A stretch of 64,000 nt of DNA from an uncultured Acidobacteriota bacterium (GTDB lineage Bacteria > Acidobacteriota > Thermoanaerobaculia > Multivoradales > SZUA-115). Made by a program: the position numbers and the translations under genes. The notes beneath the pieces are model-generated. The model saw only the letters and a program-made list of their open reading frames with translations, searched no databases and had not been told where the DNA came from. Below are positions 47,117 through 55,743 of the stretch, in pieces (position 1 is the first letter of the stretch; each line of letters starts with the position of its first letter). The stretch spans positions 525,069 through 589,068 of the forward strand of contig CAWDVR010000004.1 of NCBI GenBank assembly GCA_963805975.1. The letters are read 5' to 3'.

Positions 47117-50100
47117 TCACCGCCGCAGGCGTACGCGGGCCTCCTCGCCTTCTGCCAGCACGTCTCGAATCCAGTGACCTGCCCGCTGCGCGATGCTGCG
47201 CCCGAGAGACAAGCTCCAGGTCACGGCGATGTCGAAGGCACGGGGAGCAGCTTCCGCCGAAGCGCGAGCCAGGTTGCCCAAGTGGGAGGCTGCCGCATCG
47301 GGTGGCAATCCACGACTGGAGGCGACCTCGACCCAGGCCGCTCGCCAGGCCAGCTCTGAGACGTCCCGTGGCGGCCGGCCGGGCTCGGGAAGCTCTGCGA
47401 AGGCACGCTGTTGGCCGTCGAGGTGCCGGAGCCAGGTCACGGCCTCGGCCGAGTTGGCGAAGAGCCTGACGGCCTCCTCTGGCCGCAGAGCCTCGCCTCC
47501 GGCGAGCCGCTTCGCCCGTTCCAGGATCTCGGGGGTCAACCGCGCCAGCGCGTCGAGGCCGGCGCGCGGGTCCTCGGTCGGCCTGGCCATGGGCAGTGTG
47601 ATTCGGTGAGCGGGGATCTCGATCAGGAGAGCCGCATTCAGCCGGCGCAGGGCCTCGGGGGAGAGGTCCCCGGCAGCAACCCGCGAGGTGATCTCCGCCA
47701 ACCGCTCGCGGGCCGTGGCCGATTGGATGGCGAGGGCCTCTTCCACGGCTGCCCGCTCCGAAGACTCGACCCGCCACCAGCCGTAGCCGCGAAGCGCCTC
47801 GGCAGGCTCCTGGCGCGTGAGCTCACGGAGCTTCTGCTCCGCACTCGCCGGCCGGGCCTCTCGCGCTTCCGCGCGCTCCAGTAGGAGCTGGGCGACGGTT
47901 CGCTCCTGCAACGACTCCACGGCTTCCGGCCAGCGCTGGGCAAGCCCTCCTTCTGCGCGCAGCCTCGTCCAGTGCGCCTCCAGCTCGCCGAGGTGGGCGC
48001 GACACTCGGCGACGGAAGTCGAGGCGCCTGCCGGCGCCTGGGGCGAAAGCCCAAGCTGGATCAAGAGCCGCGCTTCCCGCCGAATCAATCGCTCGTAAGC
48101 GTTCCAGGTCTCGTCGGGCCGCTCGCGTTCCAGGAGTGCCCAGCCGAAGCGCTCTCGATGGAGGGAGAGCTGTACCAAGGCCAGCCGCGAGTACGCATGC
48201 TCGGCCTGCTCCATCTCTCCCCGAGCGAGACTGTAGGTGTGAGCGAGCGCCTGATAGGCGGAGATCCTCTCCAGTGACGGGGCCGCTTCGATGCTCGCCG
48301 CGGCCGTCTCCACCCGCTGCCAAGCCGAAAACATCTTCCCGCGCGCATCCTCGAAGGCTTGCCGAGCCTCGCGAAGCCTGCCGGCAAGCTCGCCCTCGAC
48401 TACCAGCAACCGGTCTCCAGCCTCCCGCGATCCTCCTGGCTCCCGGGCCAGTGCTTCGGCGATCACCTCCCGATTGACCCTCTGGGCTCGTGCGAGAAAG
48501 TCGTCCACGGGCTCGTAGGTCCCAGCGGCGCCTGGGTCGTGAGGAGACCGCCGCTCTGGAAGTGACAAACGAGCTTCGATGCCGCCCAGACGGCCCGGAG
48601 ATGGAAAGTCAACGCGGGAGTAGTGGAGCGGGATCTCCGCGCGAGCGAGAGGCGCTTCGAGGCGTGGAGTGTCCAAACGTCGTAGCCGCTCGTGTAGATC
48701 CTCGCGGCGTTCGCTGCGCAGCCCGTCGAGCCAGGGCCGCGACGCCGAGAACGGCTCCTCCCGTACCTCGGCAAGCCTCACTCGGACCCGCTCGCCAGCC
48801 GCTTCGAACGAGGTTCCGGGGAGTCGGATGGCATCTCGGAATATGCCCCGCGGCTCTGCGATGCCGAAGCGGTCCGCGAGGCCCTGGCGCAACGCCTGCT
48901 CCTCGTCCTGCGAGAGGGCCTGATGGCTTCGTAGCCACAGGTCATAGCGCTCGCCCGCACGAACCAGGACGGCCGGCTCGAAGCCATGATGGCGCAGAGT
49001 GACCACCTGCTCGGCGGTCAAGTCGCGAAAGGCCACCCTGCGGGACCGGTCCTCGCCGATCCGCCGCGCCAGAATCGCAGCCGCTCCCGAGCGCTCTGCC
49101 CGGCGGGCCTCGGTGAGCGCCTGTTGGAGGGTCAGGCTGCCCCGCGATGGGTCGAGCAAGCGAGCCTCGACCCGCTGCAAACCCTCTGCGGCCTCCTTGG
49201 GGCTCAAGGGCAGCACGATGTAGCTTCCTCCCGGCATGGAGCGGTCCGTGCGAAGCCAGTCGAGCGAGACGAGCTGCCGGGCCGGCAGCTCCGGCCGTTG
49301 GTTGAGCTGCCGCAGATCCTCGGCGCCGTCCGGCTCGTGTTGCAGAGCCTTGCGAAGCCTCCGAGGGCGGGAGCCCTGCTCGGGTGAGCCTTGGGAGGGA
49401 GCACTACCTGCCAGACGAAGCACCTGCTCCCGGTCGCGACCGGGATCGTAGGCGAGCTGGAAGGTGGAGACGAGCTTGCCTGCGCGGAAGGCTCGACCGA
49501 GCTGCGACCCCTTGAAGGCTATGCCATCGCGCGAGAAGGAGATCCCTCTTAGCTCACCATCCTTGTCCAAGAGTACGTGCGTCGAAAACCCTCGGGCTCG
49601 TAACGTCGCCAGAAACTCAGCAAGGGTCCGTGCGTCCCTCGCCACCTGGGCCACTTCCACCTGAAACACGGCCCGCATCGACTCCTCACCCTGCGCGGCG
49701 CGCTTCATCTCGCCTTGGCTGGGACTCTTGAGGAACGCCGCCTCGGGCGGTTCGACTCGCACGAGGTTCCATCGGTTCTCGATCTCGCGGGCGATCCGTA
49801 CACAGCGCAGCTTGTCGAAAGCCTCGGAGATTGGCTGGCCCTCCCAGGTCGTCGGTGTGGTCACGAGGTGCACGTGGTCGTTGTCGGTGTCCTTGTGGAG
49901 GAAGGCCACGTAGGGCGCTTCGCCGTAGCCCATCCTTTGGAGGAAGAAACGCACCGCCTCTCGCATCTCGTCGTCCGGCCGATGCTCGCCGGTCGCGTAC
50001 GAGAGGACGAAATGCTTCACGAACTGCTTCTTCCTGGACCGATAGGTACTGTTGACATCCGTGATCCAGCTCGCCCACTCGCTGGGGGTGGAGCCTGGGA

Positions 50101-50200
50101 TGTTGGCGTCCAAGAGAAAGGCGTTGGGTCGTGCCGTGCGCCCAAGGTAGTCGATCAGCCGCCGAGGCTGCGAGCCCACCTTGCACAGCTTCACGATCAC
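47117..50200 (-). CDS. MobA/VirD2-family relaxase (mobilisation nuclease) with ~700-aa C-terminal extension
   Basis: N-terminal relaxase domain (FVKHFVLSYATGEHRPDDEM...APYVAFLHKDTDNDHVHLVTT) including the His-rich metal-binding motif. 1027 aa. Start overlaps the mobC stop. Confidence 0.8.
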   Translation of the reverse strand: MIVKLCKVGSQPRRLIDYLGRTARPNAFLLDANIPGSTPSEWASWITDVNSTYRSRKKQFVKHFVLSYATGEHRPDDEMREAVRFFLQRMGYGEAPYVAFLHKDTDNDHVHLVTTPTTWEGQPISEAFDKLRCVRIAREIENRWNLVRVEPPEAAFLKSPSQGEMKRAAQGEESMRAVFQVEVAQVARDARTLAEFLATLRARGFSTHVLLDKDGELRGISFSRDGIAFKGSQLGRAFRAGKLVSTFQLAYDPGRDREQVLRLAGSAPSQGSPEQGSRPRRLRKALQHEPDGAEDLRQLNQRPELPARQLVSLDWLRTDRSMPGGSYIVLPLSPKEAAEGLQRVEARLLDPSRGSLTLQQALTEARRAERSGAAAILARRIGEDRSRRVAFRDLTAEQVVTLRHHGFEPAVLVRAGERYDLWLRSHQALSQDEEQALRQGLADRFGIAEPRGIFRDAIRLPGTSFEAAGERVRVRLAEVREEPFSASRPWLDGLRSERREDLHERLRRLDTPRLEAPLARAEIPLHYSRVDFPSPGRLGGIEARLSLPERRSPHDPGAAGTYEPVDDFLARAQRVNREVIAEALAREPGGSREAGDRLLVVEGELAGRLREARQAFEDARGKMFSAWQRVETAAASIEAAPSLERISAYQALAHTYSLARGEMEQAEHAYSRLALVQLSLHRERFGWALLERERPDETWNAYERLIRREARLLIQLGLSPQAPAGASTSVAECRAHLGELEAHWTRLRAEGGLAQRWPEAVESLQERTVAQLLLERAEAREARPASAEQKLRELTRQEPAEALRGYGWWRVESSERAAVEEALAIQSATARERLAEITSRVAAGDLSPEALRRLNAALLIEIPAHRITLPMARPTEDPRAGLDALARLTPEILERAKRLAGGEALRPEEAVRLFANSAEAVTWLRHLDGQQRAFAELPEPGRPPRDVSELAWRAAWVEVASSRGLPPDAAASHLGNLARASAEAAPRAFDIAVTWSLSLGRSIAQRAGHWIRDVLAEGEEARVRLRR

Positions 50201-50598
50201 GGCGACTCTCCAGCCGCCCTCTCGCCACCCAGCACGGCGAAGATTGTCTCCAGGAGCAGCCGAAGCCTCTCGAGGGTCGGAGCCAGGGCCTCCGGCGCCC
50301 GATGGGTGTAGGTGAGGACGAGAAGTTGGTTGAGATTGTTGCCCAGCCGGTTGAGCTCCCCGATCAGGCGCAGGTCGACCGCGGAGCGTGCGGGGCGCAC
50401 TCGGTGTCGCAGTCCTAGCTCTCGGAGGTAGGAGGAGACCGCCAACCCTGCCGCAGTAGCCGACTCCTCAAGCGTAGCGAGCTCCGTGGGTGAGAGCCGA
50501 ACTCGACAACCGAGGTTGCGCCGCTCAGGCTCGGGCAACTGGGGCCGGCCTCGCTGGCGAGGTCGGACACCCGATCCTTGGCGCAGTGTGTCGCTCAA
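50197..50598 (-). CDS. mobC: MobC-family relaxosome accessory protein
   Basis: Signature (LIGELNRLGNNLNQLLVLTY) plus N-terminal RHH-like region (VRLSPTELATLEESA). 133 aa. Confidence 0.8.
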   Translation of the reverse strand: MSDTLRQGSGVRPRQRGRPQLPEPERRNLGCRVRLSPTELATLEESATAAGLAVSSYLRELGLRHRVRPARSAVDLRLIGELNRLGNNLNQLLVLTYTHRAPEALAPTLERLRLLLETIFAVLGGERAAGESP

Positions 50599-50639
50599 CT
50601 CGTCGCCACTCCGGGACCGGGGCAGGAGCGCTCCTCACT

Positions 50640-50830
50640 TTGCGGCTGGTCAAATTTACGGCCGTAAACGCGGCCCGATAGTCGAGGGGTCCAGCCTGAA
50701 AAATTTTGGCCCCAAAATTCGCACAAGTACCTCAGCGAGAGCTGTTCGGTTAGGACTCGCCGGCGTGAAGTTGAAATCGGTCCGCTTCCGTTTACGGTTC
50801 GTAAATCTGCGCCATCGTCTCGGCGAGCGC
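50640..50830. promoter_or_regulatory. candidate oriT / mob promoter region with two related palindromes
   Basis: Perfect 14-bp palindrome TTTACGGCCGTAAA (50664-50677) and related GTTTACGGTTCGTAAAT (50790-50807) immediately upstream of mobC, the usual oriT position. Confidence 0.45.
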
Positions 50831-51255
50831 GGTGGGTCAGAACTCGCCGCAGAAGCCTCTTCCCGAGCGGAGCGAGCGCTTCCGGGGGTCCAGGGGCTCG
50901 CCCCTGGCAAGCGGCCCGTGAGCTTGCGAGCGGGGGTTTTTCGTGCAACGAAAAAACAGCTTGCTCGTCTGCTCCGGATGCGCTCACGAAGGCAGGCTAC
51001 GGTGGCTTCGACAAACCGCGCAACTGTCGGACCGAGGAAGAAAGAAGAGGTTGTATCGAGCTCCTGGAAACCTGATGAATTTCACTCCGTCGAGGAAGCG
51101 GCAGGCACCTCGCTCCAAGGATGCTTACGGGCGCTGAAGACCAATTGAGAGGAGACGGTGGCCCCCAGGCCCGACCCTTGGTGTGTAACTAATGGGCAGC
51201 AATGCAGCACGCACGTGGAGGTGGGTTGGTTTGGATTTGCTAGCATGCGGCAATC

Positions 51256-54200
51256 GTGAACAACCTGGCGGCGGCAGAGAGGCGGGTCGAAGATGCGTTG
51301 CGCACCAGACTGGAACATCTGGACCTCGGAGACCTAGCCCTAGAGCGCTTACCCACGCGCCTGCGAGAGCTCACTCATCTCCGAGTCTTGGCTCTGGGAT
51401 GCCTCCGACTGAGAGACGATGGGACTTTCGAGTGGGACAGCGATAGACAGCCTCCGTCCTTTTCCGACCTGTCAGCCTTGGCCGGGCTCCAAGGACTTCA
51501 GAGTCTGAACCTCAGCTACTGCGGGGGCGTGACGGACCTGTCTGCCTTGGCCGGGCTCCAAGGCCTCCAGAGGGTGGACCTCAGCTACTGCGGGGGCGTG
51601 ACGGACCTGTCTGTCTTGGCCGGGCTCCAGGGCCTCCAGAGCCTGAACCTCAGCTTCTGCAAGGGCGTGACGGACCTGTCTGTCTTGGCCGGGCTCCCAG
51701 GCCTCCAGAGCCTGTACCTCAGCGGCTGCGAGGGCGTGACGGACCTGTCTGTCTTGGCCGGGCTCCCAGGCCTCCAGAGCCTGTACCTCAGCGGCTGCGA
51801 GGGCGTGACGGACCTGTCTGTCTTGGCCGGGCTCCCAGGCCTCCAGAGCCTGGACCTCAGCGGCTGCGAGGGCGTGACGGACCTGTCTGTCTTGGCCGGG
51901 CTCCAAGGCCTCCAGAGCCTGAACCTCAGCGGCTGCGAGGGCGTGACGGACCTGTCTGTCTTGGCCGGGCTCCAAGGCCTCCAGAGCCTGTACCTCAGCG
52001 GCTGCGCGGGCGTGACGGACCTGTCTGTCTTGGCCGGGCTCCAAGGACTCCAGAGCCTGAACCTCAGCTCCTGCGCGGGCGTGACGGACCTGTCTGTCTT
52101 GGCCGGGCTCCAAGGACTCCAGAGCCTGAACCTCAGCTTCTGCAAGGGCGTGACGGACCTGTCTGTCTTGGCCGGGCTCCCAGGCCTCCAGAGCCTGTAC
52201 CTCAGCGGCTGCGAGGGCGTGACGGACCTGTCTGTCTTGGCCGGGCTCCCAGGCCTCCAGAGCCTGTACCTCAGCGGCTGCGAGGGCGTGACGGACCTGT
52301 CTGTCTTGGCCGGGCTCCCAGGCCTCCAGAGCCTGGACCTCAGCGGCTGCGAGGGCGTGACGGACCTGTCTGTCTTGGCCGGGCTCCAAGGCCTCCAGAG
52401 CCTGAACCTCAGCGGCTGCGAGGGCGTGACGGACCTGTCTGTCTTGGCCGGGCTCCAAGGCCTCCAGAGCCTGTACCTCAGCGGCTGCGCGGGCGTGACG
52501 GACCTGTCTGTCTTGGCCGGGCTCCAAGGACTCCAGAGCCTGAACCTCAGCTCCTGCGCGGGCGTGACGGACCTGTCTGTCTTGGCCGGGCTCCAAGGAC
52601 TCCAGAGCCTGAACCTCAGCTTCTGCAAGGGCGTGACGGACCTGTCTGTCTTGGCCGGGCTCCAAGGCCTCCAGAGCCTGGACCTCAGCTACTGCCGGGG
52701 CGTGACGGACCTGCCTGGCTTGGCCGGGCTCCAAGGCCTCCAGAACCTGGATCTCAGCTTCTGCCGGGGCGTGACGGACCTGTCTGTCTTGGCCGGGCTC
52801 CAAGGCCTCCAGAGCCTGGACCTCAGCTACTGCCGGGGCGTGACGGACCTGTCTGCCTTGGCCGGGCTCCAAGGCCTCCAGAGCCTGAACCTCAGCTCCT
52901 GCCCGGGCGTGGCGGACCTGTCTGCCTTGGCCGGGCTCCAAGGCGTCCAGAGCCTGAACCTCAGCGGCTGCGAGGGCGTGACGGACCTGTCTGCCTTGGC
53001 CGGGCTCCAAGGCGTCCAGAGCCTGAACCTCAGCGGCTGCGAGGGCGTGACGGACCTGTCTGCCTTGGCCGGGCTCCAAGGCCTCCAGAGCCTGAACCTC
53101 CGTAACTGTAAGGGCGTGACGGACCTGTCTGGCTTGGCCGGGCTCCAAGGCCTCCAGAACCTGAACCTCAGCTCCTGCCCGGGCCTGATGGACCTGTCTG
53201 CCTTGGCTGGGCTCCAAGGCCTCCAGAGCCTCGACTTCAGCGACCGCCAGGGTGTGACGGACCTGTCTGCCTTGGCCGGGCTCCAAGGCCTCCAGAGCCT
53301 GAACCTCAGCGACTGCCTGGCCGTGACGGACCTGTCTGCCTTGGCTGGGCTCCAAGGCCTCCGGAGCCTGAACCTCTACTCCTGTCGGCCGCCGATCGAA
53401 AACACCGTTCTTCGGAACCTGGTGGCAAGCCCTCGGCTAGCGAGCCTCATCTGCGACGAGGGGGAGAGCATGCCGCGAGAGGTTCTCTCGCATGAGTCCG
53501 ATGAAGACTGTCTCCCACGTCTCCGTAGCTTCTTCGCTGAGATCGACCGAGGCGCAGAGGCGGAGCGGGAAGTGAAAGTGATCCTGCTAGGCAACGGCTG
53601 TGTTGGGAAGACTCAGCTCTGTCGTCGGTTTCGCGATCAGCCTTTCGACGAAGCGATTGGATCGACTCACGGAGTCCAGATCTGGCGGGACGAGCTCCGA
53701 CTCCCATCGCGTGGCGAGCCAGAGAATGCATTTCAGGTGAACTGGTGGGACTTCGGCGGACAGGACATCTACCACGGCACGCATGCGCTTTTCCTACGCA
53801 GTCGCGCCGTGTTCCTGCTTCTCTGGACCCCACAGCTCGAGAACCGCGACGAATACACGGAGCAGGGCATCCCGCTACGCAACCAACCCCTTGCCTACTG
53901 GCTGGACTACGTCCGTACTCTGGCTGGCGACGGCAGCCCCGTGATTGTGGTGCAAAGCAAGTGCGACACCTTCAAGCACGAGCTCTCAGCTCCGAATAGG
54001 CCCGAGGGACTCGAATTCTTCCGCTGTTGCGCCTACAGTGCCGTCACGGATTTTGGCAGAGAAGTTCTCGAAGTCCAGCTCCGCGAAGCGGTGCGCTTCC
54101 AGCTTGAGAAAACCGGCTCTCTAGCCATCGGACACGCTCGCGCTGAGGTTCGCCGCCGGCTCTATCAGATGCGCAGCGAGGACCAGGAACAAAGACCAGA

Positions 54201-55743
54201 GGATCGTCGGCACCGCACTCTAACTCTGGACGAGTTCCGCAGCCTCTGCGAGGAGGTGGGCGGCATTGCCTCGTGGGAGCATGCCCTCGACTACTTCCAC
54301 CACACCGGCGTGGTCTTCTATCGCCCGGATCTCTTCTCCAATCGCATTCTCCTCGATCAGGACTGGGCGCTCGAAGCGATCTACACCGTATTTCATCGCG
54401 GCCGAGCCGCGCGCTGGCTGCGGGACTCTGGGCGCTTCAGCCGCGAGGATCTCTCGATGATGGCCTGGCAACAGCATTCGGTGGAGGAGCAGAAGCTCTT
54501 CCTCGGGCTGATGGAGAGCTGCGGCGTGTGCTTCGCATGCGGTACCGCTTCCCTGGGGGAGACGATCTATGCGGCGCCGGACCTGTTACCACTGTTTTCG
54601 GCTGTGCAAGGGCGGCTCTTCGGCTGGAAGGACGACCCCCAAGCACCGTCCTTGTGGCTCGAGTATCAGTTTTTTCACCCCGCAGTGATTCGCGGCCTGA
54701 TGAGCGCGATCGGCCGCCAGGCGGGAGAGGCCGCCGAGTATTGGAAGTATGGGTTCCGGCTCTGGGATCGCAAGCGAGATGCTCAGATCCTGATCCAGCA
54801 GCATGACACGAGCACCAACGAGACACCGGGACAGGGAGCCCTGGAGCTGACGGCGCAGGGCCGTGATGCACTCGGCCTTCTCCGCGGGATCTGGAAGGAG
54901 ATCCGGCAACGTCAGATTGGCGAGCCGCCCGAGGAGTTCCTGAGCCTGGAGGGCGTGACCGTTTCGCGCAGCGCCATGGCCAACGCCATGGAGGGCCAGA
55001 CGCACGCGACGGATGGACGAGTGGTGCCTGTTGCGCCGTTCGCAGCCTTCTTCGAGGACCGCGAGCCCGAAGCCACCGGCGGGAGACGGCCCACCGAACT
55101 CCGGCTCGACTTCGATCCCGGTATCCCTCCAGCGGGGGAGAAACTGCCGGAGGTGTTCATCTCCTACGCTTGGGGGGACGACAGCATGGAAGGACGTGTG
55201 CGGACCGAGGTGGTTGAGCGTCTGTGCGCGGCGTTGAAGATGGATGGCTTTGCACCGGTGCGGGACCGAGAGGCTCTGCGGCCGGGCGAGCTCATCTCTG
55301 CCTTCATGAAGCAAGCGGCAAGAGCCAACCACGTCGTGGCCGTGATCAGCGACAAGTACCTGCGCTCACCGTACTGCATGTTCGAGATCCACAGGATCTA
55401 CCAGCAGTGCGAAGCCGAGGCGGAGAGGCTGGCAAGGCGCGTCCTGCCGATCGTCTTACCCGACGTTCGGCTGGCGACTTTCGAGGAGCGAGCCCCGTAT
55501 CTGCGCCTGTGGTCTCGGCGTGAGAAGACGCTCGGGAAGCTCATCCGCGACCCGGAGCTGCATCCCAGTGAGGCCTCCTGGACCGAGTACCGCCTTGTTC
55601 ATGACTTCGCCCACCACGTCGACTCAATCCTCGGCTTCATCCAAGATGTTCTGATGCCCCGGAGGCTTGAGGTTCAGCTCGAGAATGGCTTCGAAGCCGT
55701 GAGGGAGGCCCTACGAAGGCGGATCGCGAGGGATGGAGCGTAA
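51256..55743 (+). CDS. ROCO-family protein: N-terminal LRR array - Roc GTPase - COR - C-terminal TIR domain
   Basis: 1495 aa. About 27 tandem 23-aa LRRs (consensus DLSVLAGLQGLQSLNLSGCEGVT). Roc GTPase with P-loop GNGCVGKT, switch II WDFGGQ and G4 SKCD. About 350-aa COR-like region. TIR domain (EVFISYAWGDD...VAVISDKYLRSPYCMFEIHRIY) with the Glu at the position of the catalytic Glu of TIR NADases. Confidence 0.85.
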   Translation: MNNLAAAERRVEDALRTRLEHLDLGDLALERLPTRLRELTHLRVLALGCLRLRDDGTFEWDSDRQPPSFSDLSALAGLQGLQSLNLSYCGGVTDLSALAGLQGLQRVDLSYCGGVTDLSVLAGLQGLQSLNLSFCKGVTDLSVLAGLPGLQSLYLSGCEGVTDLSVLAGLPGLQSLYLSGCEGVTDLSVLAGLPGLQSLDLSGCEGVTDLSVLAGLQGLQSLNLSGCEGVTDLSVLAGLQGLQSLYLSGCAGVTDLSVLAGLQGLQSLNLSSCAGVTDLSVLAGLQGLQSLNLSFCKGVTDLSVLAGLPGLQSLYLSGCEGVTDLSVLAGLPGLQSLYLSGCEGVTDLSVLAGLPGLQSLDLSGCEGVTDLSVLAGLQGLQSLNLSGCEGVTDLSVLAGLQGLQSLYLSGCAGVTDLSVLAGLQGLQSLNLSSCAGVTDLSVLAGLQGLQSLNLSFCKGVTDLSVLAGLQGLQSLDLSYCRGVTDLPGLAGLQGLQNLDLSFCRGVTDLSVLAGLQGLQSLDLSYCRGVTDLSALAGLQGLQSLNLSSCPGVADLSALAGLQGVQSLNLSGCEGVTDLSALAGLQGVQSLNLSGCEGVTDLSALAGLQGLQSLNLRNCKGVTDLSGLAGLQGLQNLNLSSCPGLMDLSALAGLQGLQSLDFSDRQGVTDLSALAGLQGLQSLNLSDCLAVTDLSALAGLQGLRSLNLYSCRPPIENTVLRNLVASPRLASLICDEGESMPREVLSHESDEDCLPRLRSFFAEIDRGAEAEREVKVILLGNGCVGKTQLCRRFRDQPFDEAIGSTHGVQIWRDELRLPSRGEPENAFQVNWWDFGGQDIYHGTHALFLRSRAVFLLLWTPQLENRDEYTEQGIPLRNQPLAYWLDYVRTLAGDGSPVIVVQSKCDTFKHELSAPNRPEGLEFFRCCAYSAVTDFGREVLEVQLREAVRFQLEKTGSLAIGHARAEVRRRLYQMRSEDQEQRPEDRRHRTLTLDEFRSLCEEVGGIASWEHALDYFHHTGVVFYRPDLFSNRILLDQDWALEAIYTVFHRGRAARWLRDSGRFSREDLSMMAWQQHSVEEQKLFLGLMESCGVCFACGTASLGETIYAAPDLLPLFSAVQGRLFGWKDDPQAPSLWLEYQFFHPAVIRGLMSAIGRQAGEAAEYWKYGFRLWDRKRDAQILIQQHDTSTNETPGQGALELTAQGRDALGLLRGIWKEIRQRQIGEPPEEFLSLEGVTVSRSAMANAMEGQTHATDGRVVPVAPFAAFFEDREPEATGGRRPTELRLDFDPGIPPAGEKLPEVFISYAWGDDSMEGRVRTEVVERLCAALKMDGFAPVRDREALRPGELISAFMKQAARANHVVAVISDKYLRSPYCMFEIHRIYQQCEAEAERLARRVLPIVLPDVRLATFEERAPYLRLWSRREKTLGKLIRDPELHPSEASWTEYRLVHDFAHHVDSILGFIQDVLMPRRLEVQLENGFEAVREALRRRIARDGA
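51472..53360 (+). repeat. tandem 69-bp coding repeats (LRR units) organised in a 483-bp higher-order unit
   Basis: Marker CAGCTTCTGCAAGGGCGTGACGG recurs at 51651, 52134 and 52617 (483-bp spacing, 7 LRRs per unit), with near-identical DNA between copies. The antisense ORFs 51472-53355 and 51585-52628 are artefacts of this repeat. Confidence 0.9.

Noticed and set aside
51472-53355. Highly regular short tandem repeats that could be mistaken for a CRISPR array; long antisense ORFs 51472-53355 and 51585-52628
   Set aside because: The period is 69 bp with no unique spacers, and the repeats are in frame within a 4.5-kb sense ORF encoding canonical LRRs. The antisense ORFs are a by-product of the repeat.
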